A DNA stretch of 64,000 nucleotides from an uncultured Candidatus Saccharibacteria bacterium (GCA_964436545.1 CAYTCJ010000001.1:142392-206391), one strand, 5' to 3'. Shown: positions 25,145-34,556, counted from the first letter of the stretch. The notes: generated from the letters alone by a model not told the origin. A program made the numbers and translations.

Positions 25145-26524
25145 ATGAGTAGCACTGTAGGTAAAAATTATTCCACTACCGAGGAAGTTGCAAAATTACT
25201 TCATTTTTTTGACGAGCCAAAGACCGCTCATCACTCAGAAAATCACACTCATTCCGTAAGTCACGAACCTGAGCAGAATCATCAGCAATCTGATGTAGAG
25301 GTTCATCATTCAGAATCGTCCCATATTCACGGCGAGTCCTTAGAGGAAGATACTCAGACACATTCGAGTGCTTGGCAAAGCCGAATTAGCAAAGTTTTAG
25401 TGGCCATTATTCCTTACGGGGTGGTATTTATTGTGGGAGCAGTGGGGTATTTTTTCTTCTTGTCCAATTCCAATTTTGATGTAAATGTGATCAAACAAGT
25501 TGCTCCTAAGTCTTCGGGTTTACCGGTGGCAATTAAAGATTCGGAAATTTTGGCTTTGCAAAAAAATAACGAAGTGTTAAATCAGTATTATGCTTGGATT
25601 AACAAGTATTATTTTGATGTTTCCGATGCCGGGATTTTAGACCCGAATACCGACAACTCCGGCAATGGGTTAAGTAATTTTCATAAGTATTTGCTGGGCT
25701 TAAGTCCGAAAGCTTATGATTCGTTAGGTTTAGGCATGCCGGATAGCCAAGCTATTGCCCATGGCATTAACCCGTTAAGCGGGGGTAAATTAACCGCCCA
25801 GCAACAAGAGATTGTAGATAAATATTTTGATTTGGAAATTATTAACAATCGCTTGACTTTAGAACAATTAAGCAAGCAAGGTTATGTGGCGGGCAAGAGC
25901 ATTACCAATAATAATTCGTTGGATACTTATAATTCATTTAACTCAAGTAACGATTCTTCACAATTAGAAACAGCCAGGAATGGAATTAAGTTAGTTCAAA
26001 GACCCAATGGGCCAATTACTCAAACTTTAGCTCAAGATAATCCGGTTTTATCGGAAATTGATTCTGCCAATATTAATGTAGATGTTGCCGGCAGGTTGGA
26101 AATTCCTTCGTTGGGGATTAATGTGCCGGTAATTTGGACTAAAAATCCCAAAAATTTTGAAAAAGATTTGCAAAGCGGTGTGGTGCATTATCCTGGCACA
26201 GCTTTACCCGGACAAATCGGGACTGCCTATATTTCCGGTCACTCCAGTAACTATGCTTGGGCCAAAGGCGAGTATAATAAAGTTTTTAGCAAACTCGGAG
26301 ACTTACCCAATAACAGTTCGTTTATTGTGACAGTAGTGCAAAAAAATGGTAAAGATGCCAGATTGCATTATGTAGTAACTAAGCGACAGGAATTTTCACC
26401 GACTGACCAAGAACAGTTTAAAAATACCGGAGATTCTTTGGTAGCGCTATCGACTTGTTGGCCAGTGGGGAGTACAAAATCGAGACTTGTAGTCTTTGGT
26501 AAATTAACTCAAGTGGAAAAGTAG
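25145..26524 (+). CDS. sortase-family transpeptidase with His-rich N-terminal region and TM anchor
   Basis: C-terminal sortase fold motifs (YISGHSS, LVALSTCWP catalytic Cys, conserved R in SRLVVFG). N-terminus is rich in H/S/E. Confidence 0.85.
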   Translation: MSSTVGKNYSTTEEVAKLLHFFDEPKTAHHSENHTHSVSHEPEQNHQQSDVEVHHSESSHIHGESLEEDTQTHSSAWQSRISKVLVAIIPYGVVFIVGAVGYFFFLSNSNFDVNVIKQVAPKSSGLPVAIKDSEILALQKNNEVLNQYYAWINKYYFDVSDAGILDPNTDNSGNGLSNFHKYLLGLSPKAYDSLGLGMPDSQAIAHGINPLSGGKLTAQQQEIVDKYFDLEIINNRLTLEQLSKQGYVAGKSITNNNSLDTYNSFNSSNDSSQLETARNGIKLVQRPNGPITQTLAQDNPVLSEIDSANINVDVAGRLEIPSLGINVPVIWTKNPKNFEKDLQSGVVHYPGTALPGQIGTAYISGHSSNYAWAKGEYNKVFSKLGDLPNNSSFIVTVVQKNGKDARLHYVVTKRQEFSPTDQEQFKNTGDSLVALSTCWPVGSTKSRLVVFGKLTQVEK

Positions 26525-26525
26525 A

Positions 26526-26623
26526 GTTCACAGATCACTGATAAACACTGATAACACAGATGATGTAAGGTGAGGTATCTGTATTGGGTTCACAGATCAC
26601 TGATAAACACTGATAACACAGAT
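26526..26623 (+). repeat. two exact 36-bp direct repeats separated by 26 bp
   Basis: GTTCACAGATCACTGATAAACACTGATAACACAGAT at 26526-26561 and 26588-26623. Confidence 0.9.
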
Positions 26624-26744
26624 TAAGATAAATCCAATGTTTTTAAGCCTTCCAGCTGTTTTAAACCTTGAATTTCTTGATTCAAAAGAGTAATAAAATA
26701 TGAATAAAAGCTTATATAAGAGGAAAAATCTCAAAGCTCCAGAC

Positions 26745-26773
26745 TTGACTTTTTGTCCAAAATAATTTATAAT
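26745..26773 (+). promoter_or_regulatory. promoter TTGACT-17-TATAAT for the giant surface protein gene
   Basis: TTGACT 26745-26750, 17-nt spacer, TATAAT 26768-26773. Confidence 0.6.
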
Positions 26774-26861
26774 ATGTGGTTATTACTTAAAACATTAAGG
26801 TAAGTAACATCAATTAATTTTTTAGTTTATTACCAAATGAGCTAAAAAAGGATAAATCACT

Positions 26862-29800
26862 ATGCAAAGATTTAAATCACTTATAACTTTAAAGGTCTCA
26901 GTTTTAACCTTTGTGGGCCTGTTCCTCTTAGTTGGAACGGTTTTGGCTTTGGCGCCCAGACAAATTACCACTACCAAAGCTGAAAATTGTTACAATGCCC
27001 CGGAAGTTGCCACTTTAAACCCATTTCCAGTGTCTTGGAATGGGGTTACTGGCAGTGATTGTACTGATGCACCGGTGATTGCGATTAGAAATGCCAATGG
27101 GGGCAGTTATGCGCAAAGTGCCAGCGCCCAAGTGGGTGAAGAGTTAAGAGTCAGAATTTATATTCACAATGGTGCTCAGCAAGGTTTAGATACCAACTTA
27201 ACTACCTCTTTAGGGGTAAACGGGGGTATGTATATTAATGGAAATAACATTTCCATGACAGCGACAGCCAGCCGAGGTGATGGTAATGGCGGATATATCC
27301 CGACTAATTCTGTGAATGGTTCTGTGAATGTCGATTTGCCCAGCGGGGCTACTTTGGAAATGATTCCGGGAAGCGAGGAATTTTATGACTATCAGGCTAA
27401 CCGAATCTATTCCGGTTCCGCCGGTTTTTACGGACAGAGCGGAGTTTTTGACATGCAAAATATGGAAGCTTGTTTTGAGTTTTCTAAATTCTTTGTTTTT
27501 AGAGTTAAAGTGATTGGTGAAACCGGCGGGGGTATAAACCCTCCTGCAAATCCCGGCTCTGGTTGGTTAACTGCCAGTTTAGCCGGCACGGTGCCCAACC
27601 AATGCTTGTATAAAGCTAGAGTGCAATGGGATACGGAAAATATGTCCCAAGTGTTGGTGACTGTTTCCAATCCGGAGCAAAATTCCGACAATTATTATGG
27701 TAACGACGTAGTCTTTTCCTATTCGCCAAACAGTGACGAAACTGTTAATTGGATAAATCCTAATGATGGTTATAGGTTTACCCTGTGGGAAGTAAATCCT
27801 GCCAGCGGTGGTCAAAACATGAATGTGGCGGGACAAAATTTATTGGTTAAACACATTGCCGAGCAATGGGTAAGTGGTGGTGATGATAATTTTTGCCACA
27901 CTCCGGTAGCTGATTTAGTATGTTCTCCGGGCAGTCAAAATGCCATGGGGAATGACATTGTTTTATTTAATGCCCAAGGCGGGGATGAAACTTCCGAGTA
28001 TGTTTGGTCAGCCCCGGGTGGTTTTAACCAGCAAAGTAATGGGAAAAATTTTCATGTCACTTATCCGGCTCAGGCCAGTGGAAGTTTTACGGTCACAGTT
28101 TCCAATGCCGGACAGACGGCTGAATGTGTTGTGCATGTAAGTCCCAGAGAACAACAAAATACTAATTATGAATTACACGTTTATAATCAAAACGGTCAAT
28201 TAAAGGACAACGGAGAGTTTTGTGTGGGCGATACCCCACAATATAAAATTACCGGTAATGCTACCATTGCTGGGAGTAAAATTTTGTGGAGTTCTAGAAA
28301 AAATAACGTGCAAACCGGTGAATTTGATGCAGACTATGGTTTTACGTTAAATGCTCAAGGTAATTGGAGCGAATGGGGTTCCACTTGGAATAGTAGTCAT
28401 ATTGGTGATTGGGAAAAACAATCTAATGTTAACTATGTTTTAAAAACTGTAAGTTTTAGAGTGAAGGATTGTTCTAATACTCCTCCGCCTCCAGTGGCAG
28501 TTTGTCCAAGTCAAAATCTTTCTGGATACCCCACAACCATTAAAATTGGGGAATATGCAACTGTTTTAGCTCCAGCTGGTTGGAATGGCGGTACTTTAGT
28601 ATCTTCTAACCCAAATGTGGCTCCAGTTTTTGGTGGAAATAGTGTGGTTGGTAGAGCTCAAGGTAGTACTAATGTTTCTGGTACTGGCTTTACCGCACCA
28701 AACGGCGCCACCAATTGTGCTTTAGGTGCAGTAAATATTACTGTTACCCAAACTCAAACTCCTCCACCTTCAGCCGTGTGTCCAACTGGACAAAGTGTTT
28801 CTGTTTCTCCTGCCTCAATTAAAGTAGATGAGTATGCTACAGCTTATGCGCCTAGTGGCTGGTATGGTGGATCTTTTAGTTCATCTAATTCCAATGTTGC
28901 CTCAATTTCCGGTAGTAGCATAAGAGGTAATGCTCAAGGTACTGTATCAATCTCCGGTTCCGGGTTTACTGCTTCTAACGGCGCCACCAATTGTGCTTTA
29001 GGTGCGGTGAATGTTTCCGTGACCCAAACGCAAACTCCGCCTCCGGCAGTGTGTCCGAGCGGGTATAGTTTAAGCGTTTCCCCAACTTCCTTTAAAGTAG
29101 GCGAATACGGTTATATTACCGTGCCCAGCGGATGGTATGGTGGAAATTTTACTTCTTCAAATACTTCAGTAGCTAATATATCCGGTATGTCGGTTTATGG
29201 TTACGGTGCCGGTACAGCCTCTATTTCCGGCTCAGGCTGGACTGCTTCTAACGGCGCTACCAATTGTGCTTTAGGTGCGGTGAATGTTTCCGTGACCCAA
29301 ACTCCGCCTCCGGCTGTTTGTCCAACCGGCGCTTATGTCTCTGTTTCTCCCGCTTCCGTAAAAGTAGGTGAATATGCTACAGCTTATGCGCCTAGTGGCT
29401 GGAGTAATGGGAGTTTTAGTTCTTCAAATTCTTCTGTGGCTTCTGTTTCCGGCAATAGCATAAGAGGTAATGCTCAAGGTGCTGTATCAATTTCCGGTTC
29501 CGGGTTTACTGCTCCTAACGGCGCTGTTAACTGTGCCTTAATCGGAGCGAGTTTAAATGTGACCATTCAGCCTCCTCCTCCGGCAGAATGTCCAAGTAAT
29601 GCCAGCGTGAGAGTGACTCCGGCTAATATTTATGTAAATGATTTTGCCACTGTTTCCGCTCCGGCTGGTTTTAGTAACGGAAGTTTTGTTTCTTCCAATC
29701 CTTCAGTAGCCAGTTTGGTAGATGGTGCCAGAGGTAATTCAATCAAAGGTTTATCGGCCGGTACGGCTTATGTGTCCGGAACTAACTGGACTGCGCCTAA

Positions 29801-32411
29801 CGGGGCTGTTAATTGCAGTTTAAGCAGTGATTCAATTACAGTAAGTAATCGACCAATTCAGCCTCCGGCAGAAGTTACCGCCAGTGCCACCGCTACCGCC
29901 AGTGCCACCGCTTATGCCAGCTGTCCAGATGGCACCAGAGCCAGCGCCAGCGCTTCGGCCAGTGCCACTGCCACCGCGACCGCGAGCACCAGAGGTGAAG
30001 CGGAAAAGTTAGCTTACGAAAGGGCCTATGCTCAAGCTGAAGCTATGGCCTATGCCCAAGCTGAAGCCAAGGTAGTTTGTAAAGAATTACCCCCACCGCC
30101 TCCAGCTCAATTAACCTGTTCCCCAATTCAACAAACCGCGGATGTTAACCAGACTGTGAATTTTTCCGCTAATGGCGGAAATGGGACTTACACTTGGACC
30201 GCCAACGGCGCCGTAATTACCAGCGGTAACGGCAGTCAATTTAGCACTCGTTATACTCAAGGCGGCAGTAAAGTGGTAAGTGTAAGTAGCGGAAATCAAA
30301 CGCAAAATTGTTATGTGCAAGTTAATCAAGTTCAAACAGAAGCGTTAACTTGTACCACTTTAACTCCGGAAGTGGAAATTAACCAAACTGCCAATTTTAG
30401 GGCTACCGGCGGGGCGACCTCGGCTTACGCTTGGCAAGCTTTGGGAGCTAATCCGGCCAGTGGCAACGGACGTGATTTTAGCACTAAATTCAGTTCCGCG
30501 GGTTATAAAACCGTCTTTGTGCAAAATGGTTCTGCTACCGAAAGCTGTTCGGTGAGAGTTAAAGAACCTGTCCAGTCCAATGCGGAAATGGAATTGGTAA
30601 AGACCGTTCGAAATCTTACCGACAATACCGACTTTAGTCATAACGTAAGCGCTAAACAAAACGATAAAGTAGAATACAAAATTTTTGTGAGAGCTTTAAC
30701 CGCTACTGCTTTGCGCAATGTTAGAGTTACCGACGAAATGCCTTTCGGTTTAATTTACGAAGCCGGTAGTTTAAAAGTGGACGGTCAAAGCTCCAATCCG
30801 GGCTTGACGAGTGGTGGTTTAGTGTTTGATACGGTTAATCAAAATGGGATTACCATTACTTACCGAGCGACGGTAAATGTGAATAGTGGCACCCTTACCA
30901 ATTTGGCCCGAGCTACGGCCGATAATGCCCAAAGTAAATTAGATCGAGCCAATATTACTGTAGTGCCGGTTGTTCAAGGTCAACCAACTTTAAGCATAAC
31001 TAAAGAAGTTAGAAACTTAGGACCTTCTCAGACTACTAACTTTACTTCTTCGGTAAATGCCAAAAAGTCCGATACCGTTCAATATCGCATTACGGTTAGA
31101 AATGTGGGCAATGCCACAGCTAACAATGTGGTCTTAAGCGACTCCAGCATTATTATCAATTCCATTACCGGTTTGTCTGTTTCCAAAACTTATTCCGGCA
31201 CCTTGTCAAACGGTTTGAATTTAGGCAGTTTGGCTCAAGGTGAAAATGTCATTATCACTTACAATGCCAATGTGTCCATTGAGCAGGGTGAAATTAGAAA
31301 TACCGCTACGGTCTCGGCTTCTAATGCTTCTACCGAAAGAGCCATTGCTTTAGTTAATGTGATCAAAGACAATGAACCACCGGTCAATCCGCCGGGCGGA
31401 GGGAGTACTAATATTATCAACACTTGTGTAAACAATTCCTGCAACAACACGAATATTGTTTACATCAACCAAACCGGAGGCACTGTGCCGGCAAATGACT
31501 TTAGACAACTTTCTATTTCAAAGTTAGTCAGAAGTATTAATGGTGGAGCGTTCCAAGACAGTGTAAGCGTTAACAATAACGATACCGTGGAATTCGAAGT
31601 CATTGTAAGAAATACAGGGAATCAGGTAGTTAATAATGTCATCTTAAACGATACCTTTAGCTCTAATTTGTATTTGGTTTCCGGTACGGTGAGAGTAGAT
31701 GGTAATTATTGGGGTGATAATATTAACTCAATTAATTTAGGTAGTATTTTAAGCGGTCAGCAAAAACGGGTGGTGTTCCAAGCTAGAGTTAATGGTGCTT
31801 CCGGTCAAACCGTACAAAATATTGCCAGAGTTTACGGCGATAATGCCAATCAAGTGCAGGATGACGCTTGGGTGTTTGTGCAAGGTGGTCAAGTGCAAGG
31901 GGGTAATGTAAATTTGGTTTATAGCAAAAAAGCAGTAAACGAAACCAAGAATACCGAGGCTACCGCTGTTGTAGCCAGTAAAGAAGATTATATTACCTAT
32001 ACCTTAACCGTAACCAACTCCGGTAATGTACCGGCTAACAGTTTTGTGATCACCGATGACTTAAGCCAAGTTTTACCTTATGCCGATATGGTAGATAACG
32101 GCGGTGGATCTTTATCCGGAAATATTTTGTCTTACCCCGGCATTACCATCCCAGCGGGGGGCAGTGTAAGTAAGAGCTTTAAAGTCAGAGTCAAATTTGC
32201 TTTAGCAGCTAACTTGTCTTACACCATGACTAACACTTATGGCAATACCGTAAGTATCCGCATTAATACCCCGCAAGTTTTAGGTGCTTTTGTGGCTCCG
32301 AAAACCGGTGGGCCTTCCGCTCAAATGGCTTCTATCTTTGGTACCTTAATGGTTGCCGGTATGGTAGTAGTGAGAAATAGAAAAAAAGTTTTGGAACTTA
32401 TCTGGAGTTAA
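26862..32411 (+). CDS. 1849-aa sortase-substrate surface protein (signal peptide, Ig-like/PKD-like repeats, DUF11-type repeats, C-terminal APKTG sorting signal)
   Basis: N-terminal signal/TM. Repeated modules. C-terminus is VAPKTGG, then a hydrophobic helix, then RNRKK, the classic sorting-signal architecture. Confidence 0.88.
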   Translation: MQRFKSLITLKVSVLTFVGLFLLVGTVLALAPRQITTTKAENCYNAPEVATLNPFPVSWNGVTGSDCTDAPVIAIRNANGGSYAQSASAQVGEELRVRIYIHNGAQQGLDTNLTTSLGVNGGMYINGNNISMTATASRGDGNGGYIPTNSVNGSVNVDLPSGATLEMIPGSEEFYDYQANRIYSGSAGFYGQSGVFDMQNMEACFEFSKFFVFRVKVIGETGGGINPPANPGSGWLTASLAGTVPNQCLYKARVQWDTENMSQVLVTVSNPEQNSDNYYGNDVVFSYSPNSDETVNWINPNDGYRFTLWEVNPASGGQNMNVAGQNLLVKHIAEQWVSGGDDNFCHTPVADLVCSPGSQNAMGNDIVLFNAQGGDETSEYVWSAPGGFNQQSNGKNFHVTYPAQASGSFTVTVSNAGQTAECVVHVSPREQQNTNYELHVYNQNGQLKDNGEFCVGDTPQYKITGNATIAGSKILWSSRKNNVQTGEFDADYGFTLNAQGNWSEWGSTWNSSHIGDWEKQSNVNYVLKTVSFRVKDCSNTPPPPVAVCPSQNLSGYPTTIKIGEYATVLAPAGWNGGTLVSSNPNVAPVFGGNSVVGRAQGSTNVSGTGFTAPNGATNCALGAVNITVTQTQTPPPSAVCPTGQSVSVSPASIKVDEYATAYAPSGWYGGSFSSSNSNVASISGSSIRGNAQGTVSISGSGFTASNGATNCALGAVNVSVTQTQTPPPAVCPSGYSLSVSPTSFKVGEYGYITVPSGWYGGNFTSSNTSVANISGMSVYGYGAGTASISGSGWTASNGATNCALGAVNVSVTQTPPPAVCPTGAYVSVSPASVKVGEYATAYAPSGWSNGSFSSSNSSVASVSGNSIRGNAQGAVSISGSGFTAPNGAVNCALIGASLNVTIQPPPPAECPSNASVRVTPANIYVNDFATVSAPAGFSNGSFVSSNPSVASLVDGARGNSIKGLSAGTAYVSGTNWTAPNGAVNCSLSSDSITVSNRPIQPPAEVTASATATASATAYASCPDGTRASASASASATATATASTRGEAEKLAYERAYAQAEAMAYAQAEAKVVCKELPPPPPAQLTCSPIQQTADVNQTVNFSANGGNGTYTWTANGAVITSGNGSQFSTRYTQGGSKVVSVSSGNQTQNCYVQVNQVQTEALTCTTLTPEVEINQTANFRATGGATSAYAWQALGANPASGNGRDFSTKFSSAGYKTVFVQNGSATESCSVRVKEPVQSNAEMELVKTVRNLTDNTDFSHNVSAKQNDKVEYKIFVRALTATALRNVRVTDEMPFGLIYEAGSLKVDGQSSNPGLTSGGLVFDTVNQNGITITYRATVNVNSGTLTNLARATADNAQSKLDRANITVVPVVQGQPTLSITKEVRNLGPSQTTNFTSSVNAKKSDTVQYRITVRNVGNATANNVVLSDSSIIINSITGLSVSKTYSGTLSNGLNLGSLAQGENVIITYNANVSIEQGEIRNTATVSASNASTERAIALVNVIKDNEPPVNPPGGGSTNIINTCVNNSCNNTNIVYINQTGGTVPANDFRQLSISKLVRSINGGAFQDSVSVNNNDTVEFEVIVRNTGNQVVNNVILNDTFSSNLYLVSGTVRVDGNYWGDNINSINLGSILSGQQKRVVFQARVNGASGQTVQNIARVYGDNANQVQDDAWVFVQGGQVQGGNVNLVYSKKAVNETKNTEATAVVASKEDYITYTLTVTNSGNVPANSFVITDDLSQVLPYADMVDNGGGSLSGNILSYPGITIPAGGSVSKSFKVRVKFALAANLSYTMTNTYGNTVSIRINTPQVLGAFVAPKTGGPSAQMASIFGTLMVAGMVVVRNRKKVLELIWS
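28483..29865 (+). repeat. five tandem roughly 270-bp (about 90-aa) Ig-like repeats inside the giant gene
   Basis: Each unit runs PPP-(A)VCP...NGA(T/V)NCAL...V(T/S)VTQT. Long stretches of DNA identity occur between units, e.g. AACGGCGCCACCAATTGTGCTTTAGGTGC. Confidence 0.85.
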
Positions 32412-32481
32412 ATATACGGATATTAATCTACTGATACTACAGATGCCTACAGATAAAGACTGTAGATAAAATAAAAATAAC

Positions 32482-32505
32482 AGCGGGGGCTTTACAGCCC
32501 CCGCT
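32482..32505. terminator. bidirectional terminator between convergent genes
   Basis: AGCGGGGGC-TTTACA-GCCCCCGCT flanked by A/T runs. Confidence 0.7.
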
Positions 32506-32549
32506 TTAAAAATTAAAAGTTAAGGATAATATCTTTTTAAGATAAATAT

Positions 32550-32990
32550 TTATAATATTTTATTTGTGCCCCCGCTTTGATTAGTTTTTTGTGAGTTTAA
32601 GGCTTCGGCAAGTGGTCTTTCCAGAATAATTTCTTTATTTTTTAACTTAAATCCGACAAGAATACCAGGGATGAGAAAAGTAAGTAGAGTTATTGCTTTG
32701 ATTGGATTTTTTGAAATTATATTCAAGAAATCATGTAAATAAAAATTTTTAAAAGAAGTATTACCGATAAGCATAAGTCCAAAAAATGAAATCAGAAATG
32801 TTGAGCCGATAGAAGTTAGTCTTGCTCTTATTCCTCTAAGGTAATATGGATTAACGTGTTCACTCTTTATAATATTAAAATTTTTTTGGTTATGATATCG
32901 ACCTAATATTGACATTTCACCAGTTATTAACCCATGACTAAAGTAGCCAATCGCAACTCCAAATATTAAACACAATAAATATCCCAACAT
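32550..32990 (-). CDS. hypothetical membrane protein (146 aa)
   Basis: Four hydrophobic segments; no family recognised. Confidence 0.5.
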   Translation of the reverse strand: MLGYLLCLIFGVAIGYFSHGLITGEMSILGRYHNQKNFNIIKSEHVNPYYLRGIRARLTSIGSTFLISFFGLMLIGNTSFKNFYLHDFLNIISKNPIKAITLLTFLIPGILVGFKLKNKEIILERPLAEALNSQKTNQSGGTNKIL

Positions 32991-33269
32991 GTTTGTATTA
33001 ATTTAATGTTTATTAAATACATTATACCAAGATTTTTTAATTATTAGTAGCTCTAAAAAAGGGTGAGTTAAACTACCATTATTCCTCTTGCCTAAGTTTT
33101 ATTTTTGGATTATTATAATTACAAACGAATACACATACCAAAACACAGCCAAAAATTGTTAGAGAAATGAGGCTGTTTTATTTTATCACCGATCACAGAT
33201 AGCACAGATACAGGATTTTAAAACAAAAATTAGTGAATTAGTGTTATCGGTGATCTGTGGACAATATTT

Positions 33270-34490
33270 ATGGATCAAACTTATTTAAAAGAATTAATTG
33301 AAGAAGTCAATAAACGCCAAGGCGGGGTGATTTTGAATTTGGATAATTCGCCTTCGGCCGTGGTTTTGTCCATTGAAAAATATAATCAGTTAATCAGCAA
33401 TCAGCAATCAGCGAATCAGCAATCAGCAATCAGCGAATCAGCAATCAGTAGTTCCTCCTTCGCTTCCAACTTCGCTGATGCTTCGTTGGACAAGAAAGCT
33501 ATGGAGGATAAACAGCAGTCAGCGAATCAAACCATTTTGGTTACCGGCGGGGCAGGGTATATTGGCGCGCATTTGGTTAAACAACTTTTGCATGCCGGGT
33601 ATAAGGTTGTGGTGGTGGATAATTTATCTACCGGTAAAAGAGAAAACGTTCCCAGCCAAGCAATTTTCTTAGAAGGCGATTTAGCCGATGTAAATTTTTT
33701 GCGTGATGTGTTTTCCGCGCATAACATTTCCACAGTTGTGCATTTGTCCGCATCGATTGAAGTGGAAGAATCGGTAAAAGAACCGGTAAAATATTTTGAA
33801 AACAATGTTTTAAATTCCGCTAAACTGCTTTTGGTTATGGATGAGTTTAATGTGCGAAAGTTAATTTTTTCTTCCACCGCAGCCGTGTATGGAGAACAAA
33901 AACAACAACCCATTTCCGAAACTGCCCTCCCAAAGCCCAATAATCCTTATGGACACAGTAAACTGTTAGCCGAGCAAGTGATTGAATATTACTGCACTCA
34001 TAAGCAATTTACCGCAGTGGTGTTTAGATATTTTAATGCTTGTGGGGCGGATTTTGAAGGCAATATAAAAGCTACGCACGAATCGCATTTGCTCGCCAAA
34101 GTTATGCAAGTGGCGCACGGCCATGTTGCGCAAATTGTGGTGAATGGGGCCGATTACCACACCCCGGACGGCACTTGTGTCCGGGATTATGTGCACGTGT
34201 TGGATATTGTCGGTGCCCATATTTTAGCGTTAAATAAATTCGGAGAGTTAAAAGGTTTTGAGGTTTTTAATATTGGCACTGGCCAAGGAGTAAGCGTTTT
34301 GGAAATTATTAATGCCACAGCGGAATATTTAAATAAAATGATTCCTATGCAAATGGGGGAAAGGCGAGCGGGCGATGCGGAAGAAACCGTGGCTGATGCG
34401 GAAAAAATTAAACAGTATTTGGGTTTTAAACCCATGTTTAGCGATTTGGAAACCATAGTCAAAACAGCTTATAAACAATCGGCGAATTAA
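33270..34490 (+). CDS. galE: UDP-glucose 4-epimerase with an in-frame N-terminal Phd/YefM-like extension
   Basis: GalE core begins near VTGGAGYIGAH with YGHSKLLAE catalytic motif. An internal ATG at 33501 would give a normal-length GalE of about 330 aa. Confidence 0.85.
   Translation: MDQTYLKELIEEVNKRQGGVILNLDNSPSAVVLSIEKYNQLISNQQSANQQSAISESAISSSSFASNFADASLDKKAMEDKQQSANQTILVTGGAGYIGAHLVKQLLHAGYKVVVVDNLSTGKRENVPSQAIFLEGDLADVNFLRDVFSAHNISTVVHLSASIEVEESVKEPVKYFENNVLNSAKLLLVMDEFNVRKLIFSSTAAVYGEQKQQPISETALPKPNNPYGHSKLLAEQVIEYYCTHKQFTAVVFRYFNACGADFEGNIKATHESHLLAKVMQVAHGHVAQIVVNGADYHTPDGTCVRDYVHVLDIVGAHILALNKFGELKGFEVFNIGTGQGVSVLEIINATAEYLNKMIPMQMGERRAGDAEETVADAEKIKQYLGFKPMFSDLETIVKTAYKQSAN
33384..33449 (+). 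repeat. AATCAGC-type heptanucleotide array (7+7+8-nt pattern) inside the galE ORF
   Basis: Counted directly; encodes ISNQQSANQQSAISESAIS between the Phd-like part and the GalE part. Confidence 0.9.
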
Positions 34491-34530
34491 TTTTAGCTAA
34501 AATTTTAAAAATCAAAAAATTATTTTTTTT

Positions 34531-34556
34531 GCTTCATTGACGGCCGTCAATGAAGC
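34531..34556. repeat. 26-bp perfect palindrome
   Basis: GCTTCATTGACGG|CCGTCAATGAAGC with no loop, at the left edge of the GC-rich island. Confidence 0.9.

Noticed and set aside
26526-26623. Possible CRISPR array (36-bp direct repeats), plus the heptamer arrays at 6346-6422 and 33384-33449.
   Set aside because: The 36-mer has only two copies with a single 26-bp spacer, and no cas genes are present. The heptamer arrays have no spacers at all.
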